Source: the human T2T-CHM13v2.0 reference genome, Homo sapiens. Taken from it: a stretch of DNA of 64,000 nucleotides. Shown here piece by piece: positions 13,360 through 28,039 of the stretch; the first letter of the stretch is position 1; each line of letters begins with the position of its first letter. Where the stretch lies: assembly GCF_009914755.1 (NCBI RefSeq), contig NC_060927.1. One strand, given 5' to 3'. The notes under the pieces were generated by a model. That model ran no database searches. It saw only the letters and a program-made list of their open reading frames with translations, and had not been told where the DNA came from. Made by a program: the position numbers and the translations under genes.

Positions 13360-13646
13360 AAATGCCTCGTGATTTGAATTATACTTGAGATGGTGCCAAA
13401 AAGATTCAGGTGGTCAAACTCACACACACAAAGTAGAGTGATGGTTGACAGGGGCTGTGGGGAGAAGGGAATAAGGAATTATTTAATAGAGACAGAATTT
13501 CAGATTTACAAGGTGAAAGGGGTTCCAGAGAAGGATGGTCATGGCTGCACAACAACGTGAATGAACAATACTACTGAACTGGGCACTTACAAATGGCTAA
13601 GATGGCAAATTTTATGTCAGGTATATTTTATCACAAATAAAAACAA
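13360..13646 (+). mobile_element. L1M (L1MA/MB-like) 3' end
   Basis: AGTAGAGTGATGGTTG..AGGGGCTG..GGCTGCACAACAA..ACTGAACTG..AAATGGCTAAGATGGCAAATTTTATG..AATAAAAA. Confidence 0.75.
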
Positions 13647-16600
13647 CTTGAGAATGACAGGTGATCCTAAGAGAAAGAAAAGAAAGAAGTTCTGTTTTTG
13701 CCACAAAGAACAAACAAATAATTGGTCACAGTAGTTCAAGTACTTCCTAGCAAGACCAGAAAACCTGATCATATCACCCCCTCACCTAACCCCTGCAGTG
13801 ACTCACTATTACCCACAGCTAAATCCAAGCTCCTGAATTTGGCAGGTAAGGTCCCTACATTAGATGCCCTTACCCACAAGAGAGGAAGAAAGGATTCTCA
13901 TCTGCCCACATGCCAAGGAAAAGCCTCCTACATGTGCAGACCAGGGTGAGAGAAGGTAAGGCAGCTAACTGTGGAAGACGGCAACAGTAGGGAAAAAGAA
14001 CACAGAGAAAAAAGGAAGGAAAGAGACAAGGAGAACAGAAAGAAAGAAGGAAGGAGAAAGGCAAGCCTGCTGGAGAGAGAAGCATGAATAGTTGGTTTGG
14101 GAGCCATTGAAAAAATATTTGGGGAAGCAAATGTTCACCATGCCGTGAGACCAACATCAAGAGAAATGGGTGAAGGGTTGGGAGAAGATTTGCTTTAAGT
14201 TATGTAGGCCACCCTGGGTTGCCAAGCAAGAATGCAGCAAATATTGCAATTTTTGTTTTCAATTATTTGAGATTGTTATTTGTCAATATTTTTCAATTAT
14301 TTGAAATATGAAATTAATGCTTCTTAGAAAGTGCTGTCATGCCAAGACAGGGCCACACAGGGACTGGGCTTCCCAGAGGTGCCCTGTGGCTTCATGATAC
14401 AGACATTTGTACTCACCCTCACACACCCTGTGCCATTTCCCCAGCCCTGGCTGGGGCTGGTTCTGCCAGCGGCACCACTGGGCACCCCCTCCAGACTTAG
14501 CTTAGACCTCCCCGTCTCCAAAGCCTGCCTGAGTGCGGCTCCCTGTCCTGTGCCCCTTGGCACTCCACTCCACTTCTCCACTGTTGTTTTGCCAAACGGC
14601 TTCTTAAGAATCCTTTGTAAAAGGTCCATGTGGGGTCTGTGTCCCCCACCAGACTTGGAGTACCCCAAAGGTAGATCAATGTTTTATTCATCCTCATTTT
14701 CCCAGCAATGACCACAGCACAAAATACCTAACCTGCTACGCAGTCTTTGGGGAGAAAAAATCACTCAATTTTTTAGGGCCTTGATTTCCTTTCCCTAAAA
14801 GCAGGGCTCAGGGAGTAGGGTCACTGAGAGGAGCAAATGAGACAATGGATGAGAGGGGACTCTGGAAACTGATTCAGGAGAGCCTGGGGATCCTGTCTAA
14901 GCTGTAACAATTTCACTGAAGCTTTTTATTTCTTACTCACTCCCCAAAGTAGATGCTGTATCTTCCTATTAGGGGCTACCGGAACCACTATCCCCCTCCC
15001 GAAGTGTGCAGCCTGTGGGAAAGACCAGATGGGCCCCTAGAGGCCAGGGCTAACCTAGCTGGGAAAGCTGCATTCCGGTGGCTGTGCCTCCATCCACGGG
15101 ATGTGTGAAAAACACTGAGATCCCCCGTCAGTCACCACAGCTAACGGCAGCTTGGCCCTTGCCAAGAAGTCCAGCACCCTTTCTCACCAAGATACACTGA
15201 GAGCCTGAAAGCTAGTATCAATTTTCCATCCCTAGTCGTGGAGGGCAGGGGCATTCTATGAACAAGACTTCTGGGAGCAGAGCTGGCCTGGGTACCAAGG
15301 GAGAGTCCCAGCTGCTCAGCACTGGGTCAGGGGTGGTGATGGCGATGTGGCCCCAGACCAGGGCTCTCACTCGTGATCTCAATCCTGCCCCTGTGGACGG
15401 GGGTCCACAGGAACTCATGCCCAGGAGTAAAAAGGTACAACCCATGTCTTATAGTCCTAGACCAGAAAAGCTGCCTCCTAAAATTACCAGAGACTGTATT
15501 TATAGCCCATCTTACTTGAAGAGGCTTTTGCTCACCATTTCTGGAAAAGGTTTCAGTCTGCAATCAAAGAAGTAAGTTCTATCACAAAAGATATGGTATA
15601 TAGAATAAGGGAGGGGATTTTTTTCTCTTCCGCTCTGTGCTAGGACACTGCACTTTAAGAAAAGAGTGATTACCTCTAGGATTGTTGAAGAAACAGGATC
15701 TGGTTAGGCTAGAAAAGAAAAGACTTACAGGGCTCTTATCTTAAACAGGGAACAGACATTCTGAGTAGACTTGCAGCCTGGAATCAAGACCAAAGAGTAG
15801 AAGCTCCAGGGAGAGAGATAGCGATTCAATGTAAGAAAGAATTTTGGACAGTCTCGACTATAGAAATAGAACCAGCCCATCACTGGAAGTGGTCCAGCCA
15901 AAGTAGGAGATGCTGCCCTGGTCAGGGATGCTGTAGACAGCCAGCACCTGAAGGTGATGGTCAAAGGCCTCCTTGAGGAGATTTGCACATGGGTGCCACA
16001 TCCCAGAACGTTCCTATCCATGCACTTTTGTCCCAAAACGTATCACTGGAGAAAGGTTTTCTCCCCCTGAAGTCACTCATATTATAGACCTGAAAAGTGA
16101 TGGGACAACACTATAGTGCCTGGAACATTAACTCGATTGGATAAAATGGGCAATCACCTCTCCCCTAAACAGGCACATTTAAATTATGTAAGGCCTGTAG
16201 CAGGCTCCCTTTCTGACACTTGGGGAAAAAAAAATCTACCTGGTTTCTGATTTCATTAACTTTTTCTAAAAGTTTCCCTGGGTGCCTCTATACCTTGCAG
16301 TGAACCCCAAGTGCTCACCTGAGTTCCATCACATCTGAGACCAGCACTCAGGACAACCCTATGAAAGACTCAGGGTTCCTAGACTTGTAATGGGCCCAAA
16401 GACTTCACTTTTCTCTCACCTTGCTCACCAAAAGGCATGAGGTCAAAACAGGAACTTCACAGGAGATAATATTTCCCATTAATAGCAGTTTACTTTTAAA
16501 GTTCTGGGGACCTGATCATTTCGTAGAGTCAATATTGACTCCATGTCTACTCTGGGCTGGTGATGTATTAGGCACTTTGTAGCCAACGAATCTTTGATCA

Positions 16601-18115
16601 ATCCCGCAAGATGACACCATCCCTTTAAAAAAAATTATGGGAAATGAAATTCAGAGAGGTTAAGTGACTTGAGCAAAGTCACCCAGAAACTAGGAGGCAG
16701 AGCATAGGTTTGAGTCCAGATCTGACCTAGTCCATTGCTACTATGAGAAACTCTAATCATAAATGGAAAGACTGCTAATAAACAGTGTTTTGAAGAAAAA
16801 AGATTGCATTAGAATGTTATTTGAAGCTTATTAGAACAAGAGTATGGATATACAATTTCCAATATATTAGAGGTCAGATTAAGCCCTCCTCCAATACATG
16901 CTAAAATATCTCCAGGCAGTCTTTCACTTCAATATGAAAAAAGATTCCAACAAAATTTAAATTGAGCTCTCTAAGTTTAGTATAGGTTAATTTCATATTC
17001 TGCTTCAGGTCTAAAACTTAAAGCTTTAAGATATCAACATTAAAGACAAGAAAGAGTGTTATGCCTGCAAAGAAGCTCCAGTGTCATCAAGTCTGGTGAC
17101 TATGAAGTTGTGTTAGTGTCATGGATCTCTCTGGATTCAAATGAAAGCTATAGACCTCTCTCTACATCTCCCAAAAAGCATGCTCAAAAAGCATTTTGCC
17201 CACACCCTCATGGTCCTCAGATTGAGACCTAAACCAATCTTGTTTTATAGATGAGAATATTGCAGCTCAGAGAGGTTAAGTGATTTGCCCAAGATCACAC
17301 AGCCAATTCAGAGCAGAGCCAGGACTTGAACCCTGGCCTCCCACTTCTCAGTCTCATGCTCTTCCCCTCCCCCCTCCCCGCCACCGGCAACCACCACCCC
17401 TCTGCACTGCCTGTTTCAAATTCGGATTCAAAAATTTCCCTTTTTAAAACATAGCACATTTCTTCCTGAAATACCATTTCCTTCATGTTTTTAAATAGCC
17501 CTGAGAATCCATTGTATTTCTGTCCCGGTAGTGACAGGATGGGGTCACCTGGGCTATGTTTCATAAGCGATAATGAACGAACTGGCCGTTTGCTAGAGAA
17601 AGATCACGAGTGAAGCCTTTTCCCGACCTTTCTGTAGAGTTAACATCATCTAAGAACTGAATCCAATTGTGATTGAAATAAGAATCCTGAAAATCTCACT
17701 TAGATTTGGCTGGGAGCAGGAGACACTGTCAACTAGAGAAAAGAAGAAAAAGGGAAAAGAATATAAGGTTTGCATGGTGTCACTGTGATAGAGAGAAAAG
17801 TTCTCAATTTCATCTTTCACCTTCCTTCTCCATTGTCCAAAGGCTCATAACGGAAGAAGAGATCGCAAGCTACAGGTAGGCTTTACACATGAGAGGAAGG
17901 CAGGAAGGAAGGGGTGCTCTCGGCAATCCAGATGCAGACCCAGGACTGCATTTAGGGCAGATGGAAGAGTTCACACAGTGCTAGCTACAGAGCTTATTAG
18001 AAAAGACTATGGATACATAACTTCCAACATATTAGAGGTCAGATTAGGTCCTCTTCAAATGCAGGCCAAAATATCTCCACACAGTCTTCCGTGCCATCTT
18101 TGAGGCTCTACTTAC

Positions 18116-18143
18116 TGTCATCTTCATTCAGATCCCTGTCCAT
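18116..18143 (-). CDS. SSUH2: SSUH2 first coding exon (coding part, MDRDLNEDD/S)
   Basis: ATG at 18143-18141 in AAC-ATG-G context; 28 nt followed by donor GACA|GTAAGT; phase 1 joins exon 9144-9242 in frame; peptide matches my recollection of the SSUH2 long-isoform N-terminus. Confidence 0.85.
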
Positions 18144-21100
18144 GTTCCAGACGTCCTGCCAAAGAGATGTCTGCCCTTCGAGTGTGCTTGGACCGATGTG
18201 CTCTGATGGACCACCCTCAGGCCCCTCCCAGAACAGCAGGCCCATTGTTACCCAGTTGGAATACAACAAAGGGAAACATCTATATCGTTCATCATAGCAG
18301 CTGCTCTGCACCCAATCCACCGGGTTCTGGGAGCTCCTCTTCCACAAGAGCCTTCTACTGACCAAGCTCTTATGGATGCTTCTAGTTACTCATGTCCTCA
18401 CTGCACCCCTTTGAGAGGGGCACTGGTATCATGCCCATTTTTCTGAGCAGGATGATAGATTCAAACCCTCATCAGTCTGACTCTCTAGTCAGAGTGCCTG
18501 ACAACTGAGCTACATCGCCCAGCTGTAGGAGGCAGACTCCTAAGTATTGTAGGGCGCATGCAGAAAAAGGTCATAACCACAAGAAGGTTACCTCCCCAAG
18601 GGGGATATTATATACAGATACTCAGCCTGGGCAGGGCCTCTGAGATCTTGAGCATCACCAGCCTCATCTCCCTGGGGAAGAAACAAAGCTGGGATTGTGA
18701 GGCCACACTGCAAAGCCACACGGCACCTCATGGGCAGAGCTGGCTCCCAACCCAGCCATGTGGGCCACTACTGTCGCCACACCAGCCTCGCCCACTGTGA
18801 AACATCTTTGGATTTGTAAAAGGTCTTTTCCTAAACCTTTTCCATTGGAGTTTGACACCCCTTCAACCTCAGCCCTTGGAAGATCATCCTCCTCTGCATG
18901 AGTCTAAACACAGAACTTGTGAGCTGGTCCCCGAGGCTCTATGGGTCCCACCCCCTCCACTGCATCCTTGGCAATCACTCCTCTGCAGCTGAACCTGGGG
19001 TTCTCTGGCCAGGGTGATGAAACTGCCCTACGCCTTGACTTCCCCATCCCAGCAATGCACGTGGGATGTGCCATGATATTCCTCAATGACAACCTGGGAT
19101 TGCCTTCACCAGGGGAAGCATCAGGACTATTTTGTCAGTGTCCTAAATGTCGGCCTGTCTGGGATGGCCACACTGCACAGAGATGGCTCCCAGCTGCTCC
19201 ATAAAGAGCGTGTCTTTATTCTCTCTACTGCCTTCACCCTCGTCACTGACTGCCCATCGTCGACAGCATGCAAGTGCAACCTTCAGCAGTATTCACAATT
19301 TCACAAATGCTTCTTAGGTGACTCAGTCCTCACAAATCGATTTTTATGGCTGGTAGGAGCACTGGATTTCTGATACTTGAGAGTCATATAAGTTTCATTA
19401 CTGTGTATACACAAGGAAGACCATGATCCTGAGGAACAAATGTGGTCTTTTGATGCCTTTATACATGAAGCAATGATTTTAAGCCCTTATAGAATTGTCC
19501 CCATGGTAAATGGGGTTATCATGAATTTGTATGCCTTTCTCTGCGTGTATATTTTACCCTAAACATCTGTGTGAGCATCCATTGCTGTATCTGTTTAGGT
19601 GTGTGTTTGCATGTGTGTATATATTTGAGCCAAAACATGATAAATGATAGATTAATGACAAAATGCTTGCAACTTAACTAAAACAATATACCACTATTAC
19701 ATCTTGAGTACTTTTTAAGCGCAATATATGCTTACCTAAAACCCTCCTCAGCATTTAAAAGGAACAACCACAGAAAATTCTTTAAATGTCAAATTGAACA
19801 AAATGTTGAAGAGAATTAAGCATTACAAGGACCCGAAATCTTGAGGCCGCAAAAATGCAGACAACGCTGAGCTGTATTTTCGTAACCAGGAAGTGCTGAT
19901 CAGCAGAAATGACAGTCCTTTTCTGCACGCTACTTAGATCACATAATAGTAAGTTAATAAAAAGCTCTTAAAACGCATGGAAGATAAACAAACCAACAGC
20001 TAGACCTTTCTGATCTTGCTTCGGCATCCGTACGGAAGTGCTGTCTGCAACAGTGTGCTTGAGTGACTCGGGGCAAGTAATGTACCCATCAACACCTAAC
20101 ATCCGTGGTAGCAGCAGGAACAAGCAGCATTAGCTCTGGGACCCACGACAGTGTGAGGCTAGTACTGGTCCCTGCCTCTTACTATCAAAGGAGGTTGGGA
20201 TCAGGGAAGAGAGGCGCCCACTATGTGCCTGACATCTGACAGTCATTCTTCCTCCCTGCTGTTGATGGAAATGAGTGGGCTCTGAGAGCTCCTCCTGAAC
20301 TGGCCCTCGTGTCCTGCATGTGCTAAGTGCTCAAGAAACATTTGTGGAATTAGCACAGCTGTCCAGGAGCTGACTCTATCAATTGATTGCTGTCTAAGAA
20401 CCTTGTTTTTTCCTGGAAATAAAATCTATGTAATCTCACAGGTGGGTGTCTGTCTTGGGATATGTCATGGCTGCAGCAAGAATTAGGGTAGGGCAGAGCT
20501 TTAGAAGGGAATCAAGGAACCACGTGGTCAGACTGCAATTGAACATGATAGTGAGGAAAAACCTAGAAGCAAGGTTCAATAACTGTCTTCAAGTGTTTAA
20601 AGGGGCATGTGGGAAGGCAGCAGCAGAACAGAATCTCAGGACACCTGTCCTATCCATGCGCAGGCATGCGGAGAGCTGGTCCGGAATGGAGGTCATTTTC
20701 GGCTGAACAAAGAAACTTTCTAGTGAGAAGAGTTTCTTGCCTTTGGACTGAGCTCTTTGGAAGAATATTAACGCAGAAGCTTGGTGATTAAACAAAGTGG
20801 GGTGTGAGCAATAGTAGAACATCACAGTCTGTGGCTTCAGAGTCAGGGTAGACTGAGTTCAAAGTCCTAAAGTGGACATGGCAGCACTGCAGCCCCTTTC
20901 CAGAACATCCCTGAAGGACCGTGGTGAGGAGAAGTACTCCCAGGGGGCAGAACCTTGAACAGTGCCTGGTCTGGTTATTTCTTTTTGTCTCAGAGAAGCC
21001 GGCTATTGCTCAGCTCCTGCTGGACGAAGGTCTCACCCCACCATCTACAGAGCCCTCACTCTCATTCATCCAGTGAATGCTCCCTGCACATCCACCAGGA

Positions 21101-22759
21101 ACCAGGCCCTGCCTCGGGCCCTCACAACCCAACCGAACCCAGAGCCACCCAGAACCCCCACAGGAGCCAAGACTGCCAACAAAGGAGTTCTGCCCCAAAG
21201 GGCCTGGCAGCCACAGATAACATTGTTGTTGGCTTATCTGCAGGCTGGGTGGATGGAGACCAGTGGTGCCCATGGCAGGAATCAAGTATGGAGTGGAGGA
21301 GAATGGGCTTGACACAAATAAGAAACTTGTCCAAGTAGGAGGTTCTCGAAACACCATGCCCAAGCACCCTCCTCTCTCTGGGAGCCAGGGAAACTGGCAT
21401 ATCCCTCCAGGCCCAAGTCGTGGACCTCTAACTGCACAGACAGAAAACAGGGACTGAGATCTTCTTGATGCCCCCCAAATACCACATAGGAAGGGAGATG
21501 CGTTCACAGATGCTTTCTCAGTTAAACCTTCACAACAACTCCGTAAGATAGATATTGTTCTCCTTATAGACGAGACAACAAGGGCTTAGAGAGGTTGAGT
21601 GACTTACCCAAGGTCACACAGCTCTGGTGCGGCAGAACAGGAATGAGAGCAAGTTGGCACCAAGGCCCTGATGTAGATGACAAACAATTCTGTGTGTTGT
21701 TATGTGTCGTTGTAAGAAGCTAGGGGAAGGAGCGTGGCATGGTTTTCACTGACCTGGCTACTTAGTGGCTTGGCCCGTGTAAGTCTGGCTACCCAATCAG
21801 CTGAACAGAAAGCAATGGAGGAAAGCTGAGAAACTACGATGCCCGCAGGCCAGAGGCCTTCAGGAAGGTCACCTTCCACCTTTCCTTTTCCTAGCCAATC
21901 CTGAACCTTTGTCTCCTCAGCGACAGCAAAGCCACACTTTAGCTGGTGCCCCCCCATCCTGAAGTCTTTCTAGAAGCTTCCAATGAGTGCTCACCAAAGC
22001 ACTACTCCCTTCTGTGACTCTGGTCTGCTGCTGCCCCGGGCTTCCCTCTATCACCTCCTCCAGGCCACAGTGCCCCTTCCCTCATTCCCTTGATGTAGCT
22101 GAGGCCCCTCTTGGAAGGCTCCCAAAACACAGGTGGGGAAATGATTAAACACAACACAAAACTTAACCTTGACCCTGGATACATCGCAGCTCCAGGACTC
22201 TACCAATCCTGATGCTCCAGGAACCCAACTCATCAACTTTCTTAAGAGACTCTGGCCTGCCCCCACCGTCTAATGGTGGCCTGGTCACCTTCCCCTGGGT
22301 GCTTTAGTGAGTGCTGGGCTGCCCTCCCAGGTCCCCTCAGGATGAGAACCTCATCTCCAGCACCTGGCCAAGCCCTTCCCTGACTCACCCTGGGCCTTCA
22401 TTCAGGGCAGCTCTGAAGGGCTGCCCTACTTCTGAGCCCCTACCCTCCAACAATGGGCAAGACCTTTGCCCTGACTGCAGCGCAACTCAACTCCTCCCTC
22501 TGTGAAATCCTGCTGCCTTTGCTTCCTCACAGGACTTGATCCCAAGAGCACCCCCAGCTAACTTCCCACACACAAAGGTCCTCCTCCTCAAAGTCTTCTT
22601 CCCAAGAACGCTGCCTGCAACAGGAACTTTCGCCACATCTTACCACATCTCCTGGCTCCTGCAGTTCATGAAGAGGGCAGGAATTGCATTTCTCCTCATT
22701 CCCAGAGCAGGTCCCAGGAGCGGGCAAGGTGGGATGGTGGCTCCTCTCCCCTGATCTCT

Positions 22760-23835
22760 AAATATCAGGGTGTCTGGACCCATTGTGTGCCCGTCCATCC
22801 GTGCTCACTCCCTTGGTGACCTCCTTCAGTGTTATGGTCGTCCACGCACTCATGATTCCCAATTTCTGCCTCTGCTTTGACCTCTCCTCTGAACTCCTGA
22901 CTCCTCTATCTGGCTGGGACATCTCCCCTCAGTTGTCTAACAGACACCTCGAGCTCTCTCTGTGTGTTCAGCACTGAACTTCTGGTCTCCACCTGCTTTC
23001 ACTCCCCCTTTTCCTCATACCCGCATTCAATGTCAGCAAGTCATATCTGCCTGGGTCCTCTCCCAGTCTGCTTCCTTGCTCCCACTCGTGCCTGAGCCCC
23101 CTGCCCCCCTCACCTGGATTGCTGCAGTCACTTCCTCATGGGCCTCCTATCTGTTGCCCTCGCCCTGACAAAGCCCATGCTCAATTCAGAACTCAGACTG
23201 ATCCCTCTACACCTGTAAGTCAGGAGACAGCCCCTCCTCTGCTCAACACCCTTCCTGGCTGCAAAATCACTTGGACTAAAAGCCCAGTCCTTGCCGTGCT
23301 CTGCAAGCGACCCCCTGCACCCTCCCTACCAATATGGCCTCTGCCTGCTTCCCTTCAACCCTTTCCTCCAGCCCCACCAGCCTCCTCATCGTTCCTGGGT
23401 CACACCAAGCACATTCCCACCTCAGGGCCTTTGCACTTGCTGTACTGGAGACCTGGAATTCCCCTACAGATCTCTACACAAACTGTTCCCTCACCACCTT
23501 CAGGCCTTTGCTCAAATGTCACTCTCCCAGGGAGGCTGTCCCTGGCCCCTATTTAAAATTGAACACCCTGCCGCCACCACCAAATCTCCAGTCTCAGACC
23601 CTCTTTCCTGCTTTTGTTTTTCTTCATGGCACTTACTTCTATCCAACACATTAACTAACTTACTATGTGTTTTGTTCAACACCTGTCATAATCTGGATGT
23701 AGGCTACCAAGATAAAAATCCCAAAAAGCATATTTGTGTCTGTTTAGTTCCCTGCTGTATACTTAGCACTGTGAACAGAGCCTGGAAAATAATAGATGCT
23801 CTATAGACATGTGATGAATGAATGAATAAATAAAT
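22760..23835 (+). mobile_element. L2 LINE 3' portion
   Basis: CCTCAGGGCCTTTGCACTTGCTGT, CTCAAATGTCAC, (GAAT)n/AAAT tail at ~23815-23835. Confidence 0.7.
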
Positions 23836-26800
23836 ATATTCTTATGCAGGGACTTTATCTTCCCATTGTCCTGGACTTCTAAACAGTTTTCTCCAAAGAT
23901 AAGCTTTGTTCCAACTGTGGGGAAACTGATAGAAGAAAAAAGAAGGCCACTAGTAATTTTTAAATACCAGTTTGTCCCTGTTTCTAGACATTTACTTCTT
24001 CAAAAACAGGGATCCAGTCTGAGTGCCACATTATAGGAACAGCAGGAAGGAGTTCAGTTTGACCCTGTGGCTCAAGCCTTAATGAAGGATGCTTCCCTGG
24101 AAGCTGGGACTACAGGACGCTCCATCCCCGTGGTTGGAAAACTGACCGGTGACAGCTCCTGCTCCATCCGTGGCCTTGACTCTGGAAGACATTTCCCAGG
24201 GAGCTCTTTTGTGGGTCAGTGCAGATGCCCAGCCTGGGGGCTTCAGATTAAACCAACTAAAACCAGTTTCTATGGTTCCGGCTGCTGTCCTCACTGGGCT
24301 AGAAAATGGAAGAGGTTTTAAATCGTGGCTCCTGGCAGGCAAGGAGAACAGAGTGGCTCATTTCCAGCAAAAGGCAGAGATGCTAATCTCATAAGGCAGA
24401 AGGCTGCCTGCCAGCAATTGCACGCATTTTGCACGGTCCCTCCGTTTCTCCCTTCCTTCCTACTAATCTGATCCATTTATCTACAAAGCCAATTTGGAAT
24501 TTTAAAAGGCCAGTCTGTTTGGTCACTGAAATTTTCAAACACAAATTCAATTTGCTTTGCAAGGCACCACCAGCCTTCCCAGGCCACAGGACAACACTAA
24601 CTTCCCGTCCTTGTGTTTGCAGAGGGGTTTCTGTCATAAATGCTTCGGGATCCAGCCCATTGCATCTCTCGGCTATCTCAGCAAGCGGGGAGGCAAGTGA
24701 GGGAAGCCATCATTGCTGACGGTGAGCACTTGTTGGGACCTCAGAATTCTTTTTGTTCTACTTCTTCACTGTGCACATGGGGAAACTGAGGCCAAGAGAA
24801 AGGAAAGGACTCGTTCAGGCTCACATGGCAGTGAGTAGCAGACCATGGCCCAGGGCTTCCTCCATGACAAATACACTTTGAATGTTGCCCTGAGGTCCCC
24901 AGAGGTGAAGTGACTCCTGGGGCCACACAAAAATGGGGAGCAGGAGCAGAATGAGGAATCGTGTATTTTTTTCACATGTTATTAAAGAGCTTTGATTCCT
25001 TGCAGAGACCTTGATGGGTACCAGAGCGATAAGTAACATCAGACATAGCCCCACTGCAGAGTCTCCCATGAAGCCAAAAGTGGCAGAAATCATTTTTTCC
25101 TCCATCCCCTGATGTTAGGCCTCCCATCTAATGTCAACTGGAGAGACAGCCCTCAGCAAGGATGGATGTGTTCCCATGGCTCCACCCTAATTCTCTTTCT
25201 CCCCATGCCAGCTCCTCCCCTCCTCTGCCTCTTCACCATCATGCCCAGCCACACATACAGGAAACCCCTAATTATCCTCAACTTCTGTCTCTTCTCTTCC
25301 CACTACACACACCTCCTGCCAATCTCTCCTCCCTCCATCTCCGTGGCGACTGCCTCAGGCAGGCTTTCACTCACCCCTCCATCCGGGGGTCTCTGACTCC
25401 CCTCCGCACCTGCTTAGCAGTGCCAGCCAGTGTGAGCTGTTCTACAGCGTGTCCCGCATGCACAGTGATGACCAGGAAACGGTGGAGGTCAACCATCCAT
25501 CCCCAGAAGGAAAATCAAACAATCACATGATCAGGATGACACACAGTGTCCAAAGTGCGACAGAACTCTCCCACCTTCCCTGTTGAGTCCTTGATCCAAG
25601 CACACAGAGCCCTCCTCGGGATCTCTCTGATCTTCCTCCCTCTGCACCTGTACCACAATCTCCCCCAGTCCCAGGGTCTCAGGTGCTCTGTGATCAGGAG
25701 TAGCCTTATAGACCAGTAACAGAAATGGCTTTACCATCTCCAGATTTTTCCCAATCAGACATCCACAAGTCAAGCAAACCTTTGTGTCACTAATAGCAGC
25801 TGCCTTCCATGGCATAACCTCAATGCTTATCATGTCTACCCAGACTGTCTTCTATTCCTGCTGCTCAGAGTCCCCCTCCCAAGAAGGGAGGATAAGAGAG
25901 AGGAAAGAAAGGGGAAGGGTGGAAAGCTTTTCCTGCCTACTTAGATCTGATTAAGTGTCTTGCTTCAAATCTTTTATGGCTCCTTATTACCCTAGGATAA
26001 AGTCCAAATCTTCAGCCAGCCTCCAAACAGCCTTTCCAGCCTTAGCCCTCACATGTTTTCCCCTGATATACCTATATCGAGTTTTATGTATACAGTTTCC
26101 CCCATTTGAAACATTCTCCTTCTACCATTTTCTCCCTGGCAAACTTCTACTCATGCTCCAAGGACCATCTCAGATGCCCCCTCCTCTAGGAAGCCTTTCA
26201 TGATTTCCCTGACCAGAAACAACTGTTCTCTCCTCTGTGTCTTCAGGCCACTCTCCACAGGTCTATTATTTTGGAATATAAGCATGTGACTGACTCCCCC
26301 TTTCCCTCAGGCCATCTCCCTGGGAGTGGGGAGGAGACTGGGCTCCTCTTTGTCCTGGGGATCGGCTACCTAAATGCCCTGAAGCTCTGCCATTGTACCT
26401 GGCTTCCAGAGCCAGCTCCACATCCACTTGGAGAAAGAGAATCCACAACCAAAAACCGAAATGATAGCCACAAGAATGGACACCTTTTTGGATCTAAATT
26501 GAGAATCACATGGAGATGTATGTCATCCAACTCAAACCTGGTCATCCATCTGGCTGGACATGAAGAAGGTCAATGTTAATCACAGACCTCAGAGCAAGAG
26601 GCAGGGGCCGCAGATGTCATCTGCTCCAAACTCACTTTCATTGTCCTCTTTTATTTACCTTCACCATTACTTTTTATATTTATAAAAGAAATATCCTAAT
26701 CCTTAAAAAATCAAAGATTCAAAAGATTAAAAACTAAAAACTAATGGTCACCCCACCTCCAATGTCCACATGTCAATTTACATGTAAATTTGCTTATAAG

Positions 26801-27379
26801 TGTGCATACACTTAGAATTTTTAAAAAGCGTAAATGAAATCATGCTGTAAATATTGCTCATCCTTTTTGTTAAGAAGAAACAAAAAATACAATATGGATA
26901 TCTTTCTGTGTCAACAGCATACACAGTTTTACCTTGTTCATTTTATTGTTGTTGCTGTAGCAGATTTTACATTTAGCACACAATCTGGTTTAAATTCAGG
27001 CACTGGGCTGAATACGAATAACATAGAAATAACTAAAATATTGTTCACAAGACTTTTGTTTTTACTGATAATTTTTGAATGAGATTATTTTTCTTTGTAT
27101 ACATTTTACTGAATTATAACACAAATCCTTTAAAAAGCACAAATCTTAAAAACACAACTGGATGCATTTTGACAAAGTAAATGTACCCGTGTGACCAAAA
27201 CTCAGATCGGGAACAGAACATGACCAGATTCTGAAGCCACTTTAGGCCACTTTCCGGTACTCACTCTCTACCTCCCGACCCTTCCACCCCACCCAGTGGG
27301 AACCGTTCCCCTGCCTGTAACAGCATGGCTCAGTTTTGCCTGTTGAACTTGATACATTTGGACTCAAACAGCAGGCACT

Positions 27380-27722
27380 TGTATTAGTCAGCTCAGGCTG
27401 CCATGACAACAGACTGGTGGCTTAAATGACAGAAATGTATTTTCTCACCATTTGGATGGCTGGAATTCCAAGATCAGGGTGCCAGCATGGTTGGGTTCTG
27501 GTGAGGGCTCTCATCCTAGCTTGTAGATGGCTGCCTTCTTGCTATGCCCTCATGTGGAGAGGAGAAAGAGAGAGAGCAAGCTTTCTTCTGTCTCTTAGAA
27601 AGGCACTAATTCCATCCTGGGGACCCCACCCTCACGACCTCATCTAAACCTAATTACGTCCTAAAGACTCCATCTCCAAATACTATCACATTAGGGGGTA
27701 GGGCTTCAACAGATGAATTTTC
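27380..27722 (-). mobile_element. MLT1A-like MaLR LTR nested in an old L1M fragment (~27100-27980)
   Basis: TGTATTAGTCAGCTCAGGCTGCC...GGTTCTGGTGAGGGCTCTC...GACCTCATCTAAACCTAATTAC...GGGCTTCAACAGATGAATTT. Confidence 0.8.
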
Positions 27723-28039
27723 AACAAAAGAATCTGGCTTCTTTCACTCAACATCATGTTTGTAGAATCACCCACGTCATCTCAGTTTCCTTTATTTCTA
27801 ACACTTCGTAGTTTCCCATTGTAGGAATGTATCATGATGTATTTAACCATTCTCCTCTCAATAGACACCCAAATTGTCTCCTACTTCCCTGCAGTTACAC
27901 TGCTGTGGTTTAAAGATAGCCTTGTACTTATGCCTACACATGTGTGTGTGTTTCCATAGGGTAAATTAGTAGGAATAGAACCGTAGCACCTCACTTTACA
28001 GACAGATGCCGGAGTTCCAGGGAAAATATAAATATCTCA

